Position numbers and translations under genes: made by a program | NCBI RefSeq assembly: GCF_009914755.1 | Contig: NC_060930.1 | DNA length: 64,000 nucleotides | Direction: 5' to 3' (one strand) | From: the human T2T-CHM13v2.0 reference genome, Homo sapiens | Part shown: piece after piece, positions 43,511-57,685 of the stretch | Position numbering within the stretch: position 1 is the stretch's first letter | Layout of the letters: each line of letters opens with the position of its first letter | Notes under the pieces: generated by a model | The model's input: only the letters and a program-made list of their open reading frames with translations | The model's database searches: none | What the model was told of the DNA's origin: nothing

Positions 43511-44228
43511 AGATTTGTGATTTTGATATGCAAAGTCATCTCTTATCAGATTTCTTTAATTTTTTTCCAGTGATGAATGCACCCTTGTTATCTTGTTCAT
43601 TTGTTTTTCATTTTTATTTATTAAGAACCCAGGCATTTGTTTATTTTGTTGTTTTTGTCACAATCCAGGTTTTTAAAAATTATTAATCCATTTTTTTCTA
43701 ACTTATCAATATCTTCTTTTTTCTATATTAGATCATTCCATTTTCCTTTTGTTTACTTTGAATTTTTTCCATCTTTTTAAAGTTTAAGATTAATTCAGTT
43801 ATTTTTATATCTTATTGATATTTAAATAAATATTTGAGTGCAAGGATTTTCTCCAATCACTTAATTATATTCCATATATTGTATTGAGCCCTATAGATTT
43901 GTTAAAGTATATTTTCATTATGTCGTTTATTAGATAATATACATCTTGTTTTGTATTTCCTCTTAGATTCAAGAGTTGCTTAACAGAGGATTTTAAGAAT
44001 TTCTCTGGAATAATTTTTATTGTTGTTATTTTGATTTCTATTTATTTATAGTTTTATTGCATTGTGACTAATATATCATTTCTATTTCATGCAATTTGAA
44101 GTTATTTTTTGTGAATTAATATACCATCATTTTTGGTTAATGTTTTAGATACACCAGAATTGTTCTTTTGTATTCTAACTTTTTTTATGTGTTCATGTGA
44201 ACTATTTTAGACTAAAAAGGTATATTAA

Positions 44229-44519
44229 GGCGAGGAGTGATGGCTTACGCCTGTAATCCTAGCACTTTGGGAGGCCAAGGTGGGTGGATCACTTGAGCTC
44301 ATGAGTTTGAGTCCAACCTGAGCAACATGGCGAAACCCTGTCTCTACAAAAAATACAAAAATTAGCCAGGCGTGGTGGCGTGCACCTGTAGTTCTAGCTA
44401 CTAGGGAGACTGAGGTGAGAGGATGCCTTCAGCCTGGGAGGTGGAGGTTGCAGTCAGCCAAGAGCCACTGCACTCCAGCCTGGGCAATAGAGCCCGACCT
44501 TGTCTCAGGAAAAAAAAAA
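44229..44519 (+). mobile_element. AluJ (Jb-like), followed by a (TA)n tract
   Basis: Dimeric Alu with A-rich linker and A tail; J-type GGATCACTTGAGCTC and GAGGATG. Confidence 0.9.
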
Positions 44520-46113
44520 TTATATATATATAAATTATATATATAAATTTATATATATATATAAAGTTTGCCTAATATAATCCTGTTTTTGTTTGCACTT
44601 TCTACTTTGTTAAAGTTGCTATTATGTTATTTGAAGCACACATATTAATACCTATTGTACCTTCATTGTGAAGCAGCCCTTCAGCATTATGAAGTGTCAT
44701 TCATTTCACTCTTAAACCTTTTGTTCTTAATTTGACCTTGTCAGACATTGAGATCCAAATGCCTACTTTATTTTGTCTGTATTTGCCTGCTTCCAATACC
44801 TATCTTATATTTTTAGACTTTCTGAATCACGTTGTTCTAAGGGTATCTTTTTCATATAGCACATAGTACGATTTTGCTTTCTGAACCAATCGGAAAACAT
44901 TTTTCTTTACAAAGGAACTTAAAGTTAAGCCCATTTGAATTTACTAATATATTTGATTTGCTCAGTTTCAGCTCTGTCATATTATGTTCTACTTCCTGTG
45001 TTTTCCACTATGTGACCTGTTTTCATTATTTTAAAAATATTGGATTACTTCTAGTATTTGGAAAGTCTTGTGTTTGCTTTCCATTGTTGCTATTATGTTA
45101 ATATCTAATACCCTTTTCCTTGTTTAGACCTTTACCCGAGCTTTGTCAGCTTTAAAGAATTTTGTTTGACTTCTACCTATTATCTATGTGGCATTAAGTG
45201 AGGTTTCTATTATTTGCTTTCTTTTGTTCCCATTTTTTTGGTCCTGTTTCTTTTTGAACTTTATCAGAGCACATAACATTTACATACAATTTTTCATTAT
45301 TACCCCACTTTTGTTTTAGTTTTAAATCTGCAATATTAAATTAGTTTTTTGCTGATGTCTCATTAGTCAATGTTTCCTGAGTTCTTCATTCATTTTATAG
45401 ACTTTATATTTGAAGAAAATCTTGGTTGGACACAAAGTTCTTATTTCTTAAGAATTTTGTTCCATTGTTTTCTGCTTTCAATGTGATGTGATTATCAAGA
45501 AGTCAAGTGCTGAAATGATTTTTTTTCCTTTATTAGTAATTAGGACTTTTTTGCTCGAAGAACCAGAGGATTTTGTCTTCTTTATTATTAACACTTGTTT
45601 CTGTTAAGGTAAGTTTTGAGTTGACCATTCTGCTCATTTTTCCTAAGTGTGTGGCAAATGTGTAAATTCAGGTCATCTTTCATTTTGAGGAGGTTTCCTT
45701 GGATTATTCTTTTAAAGATTAGTCCTGCTGCAGTTGTAGTTGTCAATCTTTCTTATCACTTTTGTTTCCTTCCTATTTTATGCCTTCTTTATTCAGTTGA
45801 ATTTTCTTGGCTCCTTCTCTCTGGTTCTTATTATATTCTGGCCTTCCCTGTACTCCCTTGTGTATCTTATAATTTAGTTTTCTTATCTGAGAAGATTTTA
45901 TCTTTTACTTTAATTTATTTCCTCAGTTCAAATTCAATTTCACATTTGCCTGGCATTTATCCATTTTTATGTTGAGATTTTGGATTTCTAGTTTCTGGTG
46001 CTTTTTAATCTGAAATTATATTTAATTTTTATTTTAATGTACATTTTAATTTTCTTCTATTTTACTACCTTTTCAAAGGCTTTACAAAAGACTTTTTAAA
46101 AATGACCTGTTCA

Positions 46114-46408
<295 letters not shown>

Positions 46409-48314
46409 AAAAATGATCTGCTCAAAAGACCTGTTTCATCTTTCCTAGTTTCTTCTCATAACTTTATATACATTTGACGTTTTTTGTTGGTTCACGTTTA
46501 CATGCATTAGATTTACCTGGACCCACAATATATAGGTGACACAATGAGGCTGAATGGATGAAGGGGTTTGAATATTATACCCAGTATTCTAGTAAAAAAA
46601 AAGAAGTCTTTTTTCATTGGTATAGTGGAGTAGCTTCTTTAATAAATGGAGAATTTTTGCTCTGGTTTCCTGAGATATTTTGACATAGACTTTTTAGATT
46701 TTCCTGTTTATCTTAGCCACCAACCATCTCAGATTTATCTTCCTCTTGTAGGGTGCCTCCTTCTCTCATCAAGGCTAGCACCTCTCATGCCAAGCGGTTG
46801 CTAAGACCCTTTCTTCCATCTTCTATCTAGCTGGTGCACTAATGCACCAGATCTCAGACTTGTTTCCAGTACTCCCACTTCATTTGGGTTTCTGTTCTTC
46901 CGTGGATTAGCCCACAGGGACCCTGCTTCCCCCTCCCATGCAACTTTTGTTTGACATTTTGTTCTGACGTAGACTCTGGGGACTACTGCAGTGGTCTTGT
47001 ATGTTATGCATACTTACACGTAAATTTTATCTTGTATTATTATCTCACTCTTAATTATGCTGTAGGCAGGGTTTATGGGTAATTTTAATTCCTTTTCTTT
47101 TTGGGCAACCTGTTTTTATTCTACATGCTGTGATAACCCTGAACAAATATAATTGTTATGTTTATTTTTAATGCCATCAAGAAAGGTTATTAATAAGAAA
47201 AAAATCTATTGTAAATGTTTTTCAATCCTTCTAGCCAAGAACCCTCATTAGATTGAAAAGCAGTGGCTAAATCATAGGAAAATTTCCAATGGTCAATATA
47301 TTTAGAAAAATTTGTTGAAATGATCATTTTACTTCTATGGGCCTGTTTGGAAGTCCCACTATTGATTCAGAAAATACCACTTATGAGAAAATTATGTATC
47401 AGTCAACACAATGGTAATTATAGCTTTAGGACTTAATTGAATTTGGTAATCAGTGCTCTCTAATATAATCTACTATTAAAAGTCAATTTATTTTTTATTT
47501 ATTATGCTCTCTCTTACAGTCTGAGAAATAGCAAATTTTTTGTGTGTACACACACAAACACAAATACACACACTCATATATTCCAAAAGAGATTTTTTTC
47601 ATGGGATCCCAGTATATCAATCTCTATTGTGTTTGGAGACATTGACATTCACAATTTCAGTGAACATTAGAATAGAAAATACCAATTAACACAATACGCA
47701 GTATGATAACTGTGGCTTGTGATCAGGGAATATCAAACCATCTCCTGCAAGTAAAAAATTTACTTTCTTTTCACATCATGATTTTGTATTACTTTTTGAA
47801 GCCTCCTAGTTTCACAAATGTGAAGGAAGTAATGAATCACCAGTGGAGTTTATAGTGAAAAGGCAGGCCTTTTATCTATGCAGTCAGATTTTCATGCATG
47901 TCATATGCTTATTATTCACCTCAAGACAAGCAGGCAATGGAATGAAAATAAATTTAAAAAGCAAACATGAAATTATTAACTATGTAAGAAACATGTTCCT
48001 GTTACATTATATCATTTAATGAGATCTAGCACAACAAGGAACATTTCTTTGCACATGTAATTAATAGGCAGCCAAATTAAATCCACAGTACATTGTACCA
48101 ATATACTAATGCACACAAAATAAAACCACTGACTCAAGAATAATATAACATTTTCTCAGAATTTTGAAATATGTCTAGAGCTTTTGTTTCAACGGGATTA
48201 ATTTCATCTCTACTCATGACTATGACCAAACCAAGATACAACAAGATCTTATAAGGACAATGAAGTCAAATAAGAGATACATCCATCCAGTACCTTATTA
48301 AGTAAAATACCAAA

Positions 48315-48676
48315 TGTATTCGTCTGTTCTCACACTGCTATAAAGATACTATCTGAGACTGGGTAATTTATGAAGAAACAAGGTTTAATTGACTCACAGT
48401 TCTGCTTAACTGGGGAGGCCTCAGAAAATTTACAATCATGGTGGAGGGGGAAGCAGGCACCTTCTTCTCAAAGTGGCAGGAGAGAGAGAAAGGGCAGGGA
48501 AAAATGCCACTTTTAAAACCATCAGATCTTGTGAGAACTCCCTCACTGTCATGAGAACAGCATGGGGGAGACCATCCCCATGATCCAATCACCTCCCACC
48601 AGGTCCCTCCCTCAACATATGGGGATTATAATTCGAGATGAGATTAGGGTGGGGACACAGAGCCAAACCATAGTCA
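48315..48676 (-). mobile_element. THE1D/MSTA-like MaLR solo LTR
   Basis: TGTATT...GGGGACACAGAGCCAAACCATAGTCA; TSD CCAAA/CCAAG. Confidence 0.9.
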
Positions 48677-50781
48677 CCAAGGAATAACACCAATGATGTT
48701 TTTCTGTTATGTTTTATTTTGAAAGAATAATTGCTTATAAAATCAAGCTAAATATATGCCTCTTATGTTCCTGTCATTCTTCTGGGCTTTACAGAGGACA
48801 AGAAGAAATTTAGTTCATAGTCTTTGTCCTCATGGGTACTAAAACCAGTTAAAGAAGAAAAGACATATAATTTTAAAGGTTATATTTAAAACAGATAGAT
48901 GATTATATATCACATTCAGTATGTTCCATACTCAGTGTTAAATATGTTACAGATAAAAGAATTATTGGAATTATCAGAAATATTAAATTTCAGGAGCTAT
49001 TAGAAGTAATGAGATTCAAAGGAATAAAATATTGAGAGGAATTAGTGTTCATAGTAATTAAGTGCCTGACCTTGGGTCATATCTCAGATTGAGGTTTTAG
49101 TGCTGCTGGATTATGGATGATGAGTTAAGTGATGACTCAGTGAAAAGAACTGAAGAGTTATCAGTATATGCTGGCTAAGTGGGTAAAGCTGGTAAAATGG
49201 AGCAGTTTGTTTAATAAAAGCAGAATTTTTTCTCTGTAAGGTTTTGACACTACCTTCTTCAATTTTTTTTCTTTAACCACAAACCATCTCAGAGCTACAT
49301 TCCCTTTCTAAAGTGAAGTAAGGGATGACAAGTGAGATAATTATGGCTGATGAGAGCAGGAGCTTCTCTTTCAGTATATTACCAGTTGGAAAATTTCCAG
49401 TGGAAACCAAAATGGAACCATATTGGCATGTGGTTGATACAGAATTTTAAAAAGCAATCTGAATTTCTGATATCGTCAGTATAAAAGACAGTGAAAAAGA
49501 AATGGAATGGAAAAGTAAAATATAGATCAAATACAAAAGTCATGTGGAAATGTAGAAAAAGATGTAAGGATTTCTACAGAGCTGTAATAGACAACGTCTG
49601 ATGTAAATTAACATTAAGTGTTTACTACTACCTTAAATAAATGACCATAACAAACTTTTGAGGCAAAAAATTCACACAAAGATTAAAATAATAATAATAA
49701 TAAGTAATAATTTTCCTAAAGTCACGAAACCAAAAAGATTAAAACTAGATTGGAATTCAGCCCATCTATTCCAGCACCTGATTTTTTGGTTTTAAACCCT
49801 ATACCATCTTTGGTCTCGGGATTGATTTGCAGGAACAACCAGAGGTCTCCAGATGACTTTTATCCTGTTATACGGGTCAGTTCCTGGAGACTTCCTACCA
49901 TGCATATTATGATCAATATGTGTCATATGTCTTATGTATTTTCAGCCAAGCAAGCAGCAGTACTCATTTGGAAACAACAGTATGGAAAGAGCTAACTTTT
50001 AAATGGCGTATCTGGGCAGTTAGTTCCTGCTGTGGTTAGTTGCTGCAGCTGCTGCTTTCTTATTTGTATTCTTTTCTGTTTCAGGACATTTTTTTCTATT
50101 TTTACATTTGATGTAGTATTTTCTTTTTAAGGAAATCAAACCAAACAATTTTAAAAACTTTAAATTAATAATTGGCATTAATCCTCAATATTACTATGAA
50201 ATTGTTTAAAATTCTGATATTTATGTTTTCTTTGGGGCTATGCTATCAAATTGAAAACACGGGAACATATCAAGATCTAGCTCTTAAGGGAAATATTGCA
50301 GTAGAATAAATAATGCTTCTTCTGTATAAGCCATTAGAAGAAGAAATTTATTTCAATAATGGATAATAAAAGTTTAAACCACCTCACTTCTGTTTTCTGT
50401 CACACAATGCTAAATACTAAATAGATAAGAAATACTAGATACTGAATAATTTAAGGAACACACTTGTCAAATTAGCAAATAGAACCTGAATAGATTGTAA
50501 AGAGTTGATGATATGTTTAGCAATTTTCAGATTATCTTCTATAGGCAACTTTGCAGGAGACTGTTACAGAAAGAAGTCAGTTAAATGTAAGCCTGTCCTC
50601 AATAATCTAAACATTACACAGAGACATTGTTTTTAAAAATTAGTGCCTACTCACCGTGTACTCCCTTCACAATCCCTTGCTCCATTATGATTTAATTAGC
50701 ATGGATGTTATTTCATTTTATTTTAATTTTATTGTTTGTAACTACAGGTGGTTCTATTGAGCAGCCAAGGTTGACAACCAG

Positions 50782-51168
50782 TGTATTCATTAGCTAAGGC
50801 TGCCACATCAAAGTACTATAGGCCGGGTGTCTTAAACAACAAATTTTTTTTTTTTTTTTTCAAAATTCTTGAGACTAGAGTCTGAGATCCAGGTGTTGGC
50901 AGGGTTGGTTTCTTCTGAAGCCTCACCCTGGCTTACAGATGATGACTTTCTGCCTGTGTCCTCACATGACCCTCTTTCTGTGTGTCTGTGTCCTAATCTT
51001 CTAATCTTCTCTTCTTATAAGGAGACAAGTCGTATTGCATTAGATTCCTCCCTAAAGACCTCATTTTACCTCTTTAAAGACTCATCTCCAAATATAGTCA
51101 CATTCTGAGGTAGTGAAGTTAGGACTTCAACATAGGCATTTGGAAGGGACACAATTCGGCCCATAATA
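50782..51168 (-). mobile_element. MLT1A-like MaLR solo LTR inserted into the end of a MER5 remnant
   Basis: TGTATT..GGCTGCC...TCTCCAAATATAGTCACATTCTGAGGT...GACACAATTCGGCCCATAATA; TSD ACCAG/ACCAC. Confidence 0.85.
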
Positions 51169-51674
51169 ACCACTGATTTAGAAAGCAATCAGTTAGCAAT
51201 GGATAATATATGACTAAAACTTTTAAAACTACAAAGTCATTCTGTTAACCAGATTAATAAATCTTAATTACCTAAGATTAATTAATAAATCTAATTACTT
51301 AAATTAGGGAAAAAAATCACTATAAATGACTATGCGATGATATTTCTGGATCCTCTATCATAAGTTGAATCAGAGGACTGTGTACAGAACAAAAATGTGG
51401 TTTAGAAACTCATGGTATGAAATTCTCTTTCTTCTTTGCGTAATTGACTAATAATCTTCTGTCTCTAAAGCTTACATTTCCTCAAATCTACAGCAGTAGA
51501 TTAGAAGCTTGAAATAAAGCTTTATGAAAGTGGTAATTTGAATAGCAAAAAGAGTCATTAAGATGCTTTCATCCACAGAAACCAACTGACTTGTACATGA
51601 AGTACAGTCATGAAACACTGAGCTGCTACTAACTTGCCGCACATGATTAGTTTTACAGTAAGGCTGGATTAATC

Positions 51675-51826
51675 AGGGCATTATCAATATTGCCGCACAT
51701 GTTAATTAACAGGGACTATTTTTAAAATTCCATTTCCCAGATAATTAAAAAATGAAAATGATAGGAGATCCAGGTGTAAGTATTTTTTGAAGCGATTACA
51801 TGTATATCCAAGTTTGAGAAATACTA
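51675..51826. mobile_element. MER5-like (hAT-Charlie) remnant
   Basis: Ends CCAAGTTTGAGAAATACT, typical of the MER5 terminus. Confidence 0.45.
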
Positions 51827-52519
51827 ACTTAGATACTAATAGAGAGTTCTTGAGTATAGGCCCACTTAAGTTATTGATGGTTTTAAGCCTGTAAGTTGCT
51901 GTTGGTCAGAGAGTTGCTCTGAGGCAATCAACCACAATGAGCTCTTCTAATGATAACAACAATAGATAGCCAACTGGCTGAAATTTTGAAAAGAAGAGGC
52001 GATACCGAAATTTACCATTTCAAGTATGAATTTACATAGGTGACAAATTGTGTGAAAGTAACAAACATTGAAAGTTGCTAACAAATTCTAAGTTAAAAGT
52101 ATCCCCTTCCTGTCAACACTCTTAACCTCCAGAGCAAACACTGTATTTTAAAAAAAATTATACTTGAGTTTATTTCCAAACTATTTTCCAGTTTTTTTGC
52201 TTAGTACCAAAATATTTAACAACTTTCTCTATGAACAGCTTTTAGACAATGCCAGAAATTCTGAGTATGTCCATTAAAAATGACTAGTTAGATGTTTTAT
52301 TATGTTGTCTAAAAATGAACAATATAGACTTTAAGAATTAAAGCAAAATAAGCAGTTGCTATTGTTTCCATATATATTATCTCCATCTTAAATACTTTAA
52401 CGTTTTAAAATATATTTATATATTACATATTATATATATGTGTATAATTTTATATACACACATTCACATACACATACACATATATATGGAAAGAAAGACA
52501 AAGAGAGAGAGAGACAATA

Positions 52520-53140
52520 TTTCCCCTAGTCTGACTTGACTTTTTGTTTCCTTAATGGTGTATTTGAGGGAATAAAAGTTTTATTTTTGTTTTTTATTTT
52601 AATGAAACTCAAATTATCAAAGTTTCCTTTTATGGTATGTGCTCGTTTGTGCGAGAATTATTTGTCTAGCTCAAATTCATAAATATTTTCTCCTATATTT
52701 TCTTCTAGTATTTTAGTTTAAGCTTTTTATATTTAGGTCTATTTTAAGTCGAAGTTTGCATATAGTGTCAGGTAAAGATCCATGTTCATTTTTTTTCTTT
52801 CCTATATTTGATTGCTAGTTGTTCCTGTACGCTTTTTGAAAAGAAAATCTTTTCCTCAATAAATTACCTTGACATTGTTGTTAAAAATCAATTTACCATA
52901 TAATGTGGTTCTATTTCTGAACTTTGATTCATTTCCACTGATATATGTGTTTATCTTCATATCTATTACCACACTGTCTTAATTATTGTAGCTTTAAAAC
53001 AATTTTGGAAATCAGGAGGTATTCGTTCTCCAAGCATGTTTTTTTTCATAATTGTTTTGGTTATTTTAAGTCCTTTGTAATTCCATATAATTTTAAAAAT
53101 CAGTTTATGGATGCCTACAAAAACAGCCTGCTTATATTTT
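52520..53140 (-). mobile_element. Old L1M (MD/ME) ORF2 fragment
   Basis: ATATTTTCTCCTATATTTTCTTCTAG, CCACACTGTCTTAATTATTGTAGCTTT and CCATATAAATTTTA motifs. Confidence 0.65.
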
Positions 53141-53177
53141 TTCTAAAAGACGAAAATAAAAAAAAAGCATTTGCATT

Positions 53178-53562
53178 GTTATTAAGGAGAACTGCAAAAC
53201 GTTTGAGATTTTATTCCGCTTACATGCTGATAAGTTAGCCTGCTACATTTTCATAAAAACTAGCAGAGACATGGGGCTCTTGGGTTAGAGACCAAATATT
53301 ATTACATCAGTAGTAATGACCAACACATCATTATAGTGTTTCCCTGAGCCAAAATTCTCAATTTCCATCTTCCCCTCCAGAGACAGACGTTATTTTTCTC
53401 ACCCTGTAATGTAAACAAATCTGCACCAGGGAGAGAAAATTTTATTTTCTAAGACTGCCTGATATACAAACATACTTGAAAATGCATTTTAGATTAAATT
53501 AGCAATGAATGCCTTTGATAATGTGCAGAAATAAGAGACCCATGGAGAATTGTCTCCCAAAA
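53178..53562 (-). mobile_element. ERVL solo LTR (MER76-like)
   Basis: Minus strand starts TTGGGAGACAATTCTCCATGGGTCTCT; contains AAGTTAGCCTGC and GGGTTAGAGAC motifs. Confidence 0.5.
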
Positions 53563-54829
53563 ACTATGGCCATGGAAATATTTACCAAGGTGGGACAAAA
53601 TATTTTTTCTCGACGTTATATATGCTTCTTTACAAACTATTATTAGAATTACTGCTCTGTACCATGATGGCTCACAATATTAAGGGTAATCACAATCATA
53701 TCGTTTGTTCTACCAGTTTCTCAGAGTCATGGGATCTTTTGTTCCTATTTGAAAAATGACTTTTTAGACAGTTTTTAAAAATGTATTTTGCCAAAAAGTT
53801 TCTTTGCCTTTGTGTTTTCTGTTGAGAAAAGATGAATATGCCTTTTTATGGGCTTCAACACAGGGTAGTGAAGTGATGGTTAGAAAGATTTCAACAAATA
53901 CTGTTAAGGGATATAAGTTTCCTTTAATATCTATGCCAAGATGGAGGCACTGGATATTTAGAGCTGTGAAATTTTCCTATAAAATCATGCCACTGATACT
54001 GATGCCACTCATCCAAACCTGGTTAGGCACAAGAAACTTGCATCCGCTCTTTTGTTCTCATGACACTTTTTTATTGTTCTAGTGTCTCGGAAGGTAAACT
54101 TGGCAATTTGCAAAGGTTGTCACTAGGACAAAACACATAGATATTCAAGTAACTTCTTTACATAGAGTGTGAAAACAATTAACTATTTCTTTCATGTGTG
54201 AGAGTGTCTTTATGTTGCTCTTGCACCTGATTAATACTCTGGATGGTAATATAAATTTCTGTTTTCTCTTTTAGATCTTCCTTGATTAATTGAATTTGTT
54301 CTTTACATTGCGTTTACCTTTATGTGTTTCCATCATGTTCTGTCCTCTGGGATATTTCTTGGACTTTATCTTTGAACTCTTCTTTTATTATTATTTTTTT
54401 AAATTCAGCACTAATGTCTTCAGTTTCTAAGAATTCCTTCATGTTCTCTTTTTTTTAATCATCAAATTTTATTTTTGTTTTCTGGATGCATATTCCTTTT
54501 GTTTCTCTCTGAGGCAGGGTGTTAGGTTGAAGGGAAAGTTGAGAAAAGAGGATCTTTTTCCTTATTTTCGAAATATGAGGAATGCTATTTTAGGATAAAT
54601 GTAGGGTTTTCCATGTTTAGGCAGTAGCAGAGTTTGAGTTTCAATCCGCAGAGAATCACAGTATTTATACATATCTTGGAAGGTTTTCTGAATCCCTTTG
54701 TACCTGATGAAGAAGCAGAAAAGTTTGCCAGTGATGTTGACTAGAAAGCCTGAAAGTTTCCTTGTTAGGTACAAAGTGACTTTGGAGCTACTTCATGTAG
54801 GGCAAACAATTTAGGCTATAAATCAAAAA

Positions 54830-55418
54830 GTAGACATTCATGGTGTTCCTACCAAAAATACTTAACCTGAACATAATCATGTAGAAACATCAGACAAACC
54901 CAGAGTGACAGACATTTTATGAAATAAATCCTCTATGCTTTTTAAATATCAATGTCATAAAAGACAAAGAAGGACTGAGGAACTGCTCCATATTAAAGGA
55001 TACTTAAAAAGACTTAATAGTAAATGTGATGTCCTGAATTAGATTGTTTTTCCTTTTGTTATAAAGAACACTTATGGAAATTTCACAAAATTGTAATAAG
55101 GCCATTATATTAAACAAGAATATTATACCAATCTGAATTAACTGATTTTGATAATCTTATTTTGGGTATGTAAGAGAGTATCCTTGATTTTAAGAAATAT
55201 ACACTGAAGTATTTTGGGTAAAGGGAAATAATGTGTGCAGCTTACTGTGAAATAATTCAGAAAAGTAATGATATCCTTCCCTCTACACAGACAGAGGAAA
55301 CAATAAAGCAAATATGTTAAAATATTAACTTTTGGAAAATCTAAGGGTAAATATATAGGAATTTTGGTGTAATTCTTGCAACTTTTCTACACATCTGGAA
55401 TTATTTCAAAACCAAAAA
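54830..55418 (+). mobile_element. L1MC4/5-like 3' end
   Basis: AAACATCAGACAAACCC, AAAGACAAAGAAGGACTGAGGAACTG and TTCTTGCAACTTTTCT motifs. Confidence 0.7.
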
Positions 55419-55868
55419 TCCATAGGGAACCAATTCAATGACTGATGTCAGAAAAATCTTTGAAGACTGCAAGAAGCAAATCAATAGAGGGGATCTAAGG
55501 ACTTGACTGAGCCAAGTGAGTAGAGACCACAAGTTCACCAACCACCACTTCAGCAGGGAGTGGGTGAGTGCAACATGACCAAGTGGATAGAGCCACCTGC
55601 TTCATAGTCCAGGAAAAAAAAAAGAATGAGCACAATAAATCCTTGTCTCTTTCTTATGCCTAGAAATTCCTCAGATACTATTTGGGAGACCATAAATGAG
55701 AAAATGTGAAACCGGAATAGATTTACCATGAGTTTGAAGGTCATAATCTTAAACTTAAAAGAGGTTATTAACACGCTAACATCTACATTCTTATCACCCA
55801 GCAATGTTTTCCCAGCGAGTGGAAAACATTTGAAGAATATTATCTCGGGTATAGCAAACAAAAAAGTT

Positions 55869-56191
55869 GGCAGGGCACAGAAGCTCATGCCCATAATCTC
55901 AGCACTTTGGAAGGCCAAGGTGGGAGGATCCCTTGAGGCCAGGACTTCAAGACCAGCCTGGACAGCATAGCAAGGTCCCGTCGGTGCAAAAACGTTTTAA
56001 AAATTCAGATGTGGTGGTGTGTGCCTCTAGTCCTACCTACTTGGGAGGCTGAGGCAGGAGGATTATTTGAGCCCATGAGATTGAGGCTGCACGGAGCTAT
56101 CTTGGCACTACTGCACTCCAACCTAGGTGACAGATTGAGGCCCTGCCTCAAAACAACAACAACCACAACCAAAAATGAAAGAAAAAGAAAA
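55869..56191 (+). mobile_element. AluJ (Jo/Jr-like)
   Basis: Diverged dimeric Alu with GAGGCCAGGA, GAGGCTGCA and an (AAC)n/A tail. Confidence 0.88.
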
Positions 56192-56397
56192 CAGTCACAA
56201 TTTCTCTGCACATTAGTGTATAGTTTAAAATGTGTTATCCCACTCTACAAACTAAAATATTTTCTTCTGTTCCTGAATCACTGTTTCACCTTGGGTCAAT
56301 GTCTTTGTTGGTTTACTTGGGCTTTGCATTTTATGCTATTTGTGTTCCTGAAATGCCTGCTGATTTTGGCTCATCATTCATATTTAAAAACAAATTC

Positions 56398-56891
56398 GCT
56401 ATGTAGGTCAAGAGTATAATAAAGTTGCAGTTATGTAGGATGAATAAATCTAGAGATTTATAGCATATAAGGATTATAGTTAATAATACTATACTGCATA
56501 TTGATAATTTTCCAGGAGAGTTTATTTTAGGTGCTCTTACCAACACACACACACACACATATATATAATATAATCATTCAACTATAATAGTTAAATGATT
56601 ATTGCAGTAAATTAGCATATCCATTATTTCAATTAGTTACCTCTTTTTATATATATATCTTTATATATCTATAAACCCTCTTTGTATATACATATATAGA
56701 TATGCTAATTTACCGTAATAATCATTTAATTATGTATATGTGTATCATAATATACATTACATAATATATATTAACTATATATGTGTATAGTATGATATAC
56801 CTATACATAGTTAAATGATTATTATAGTATATCAAGTAATCATATTGTATACCTTAAATATATATAATACAAATTTAAAAATATTAATAAG
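56398..56891 (+). mobile_element. L1MA8/9-like 3' end with an internal inverted rearrangement
   Basis: AAAGTTGCAGTTATGTAGGATGAATAAATCTAGAGAT...TTGTATACCTTAAATATAT; TSD AAAACAAATTC at 56387-56397 and 56892-56902. Confidence 0.75.
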
Positions 56892-57140
56892 AAAACAAAT
56901 TCATTGGTTTGCTCATTTAGATAGCTGATGTGGGTCTTGTTCTATGTCATGAAAATTCCTGGGAGGTCATGTTGTAAGCTTTGTGAATAGAAATTGGGAC
57001 ATGTTGAGAGATAGCCTTTGTTTTTGAGTAAATAATCAGGTAGCTGGTCAGCAAGGAGCATAGTCCTCCAAATGCTAAAATGAGTGGAGATTTATTCTGG
57101 GCACCAACACAACCCTCCTCATCTCGGTGGGACAAATTCT

Positions 57141-57345
57141 TATACACCACATAAGCAGAATTAAAAACAAAAATCATGTAATCATTTCAATAGATACAGA
57201 AAAAGCACTTGACAAAATCCAGAATCCTTTTATGATTGAAACACTCAGCAAAATTGGCATAGAAGGGACATACATTGAGGTAATAAAAAACTATCTATGA
57301 CAAACTCATAGCCAACATTATTCAGAACAGGGAAAAGTTGAAGGC
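57141..57345 (+). mobile_element. Isolated internal L1 (L1PB-like) ORF2 RT fragment
   Basis: Homologous to the [18 protein letters not shown]...EAF region of ORF2 (compare 27050-27255). Confidence 0.8.
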
Positions 57346-57685
57346 CTCCTGACCAGATACATGTGTCATGGCCTCTGCTTTGCATCAGATAGTATTTCAG
57401 GTGTTTGGAATACACAAATGAATAGGACTTATTCTTCGATTTATTTTCAAAAGGAAACATAAATGTAAATGCACTAATTAAATACAATGGGACTGGTTCT
57501 AAAATATAGTAAAAAGAAATGCATATTTCCCTGTGCAAATACAGAGGCAGAGAGTCTAACTCACCTTGTATGGTGAGGCAGCTGGACCCTGAGTGACATG
57601 TCAGTCATGTCCTGACTATGCATAGTGTTTCAGCAGATGAGAAGACAAAGAGGAGGTGGTAAAACACTTAAGGAAGTATGTTCTC

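Noticed and set aside
56009-56419. 136-aa ORF
   Set aside because: It is translation of an Alu right arm and its tail.
57555-57570. Minus-strand donor AAG|GTGAGT
   Set aside because: It lies in the L2 remnant with no convincing partner acceptor.
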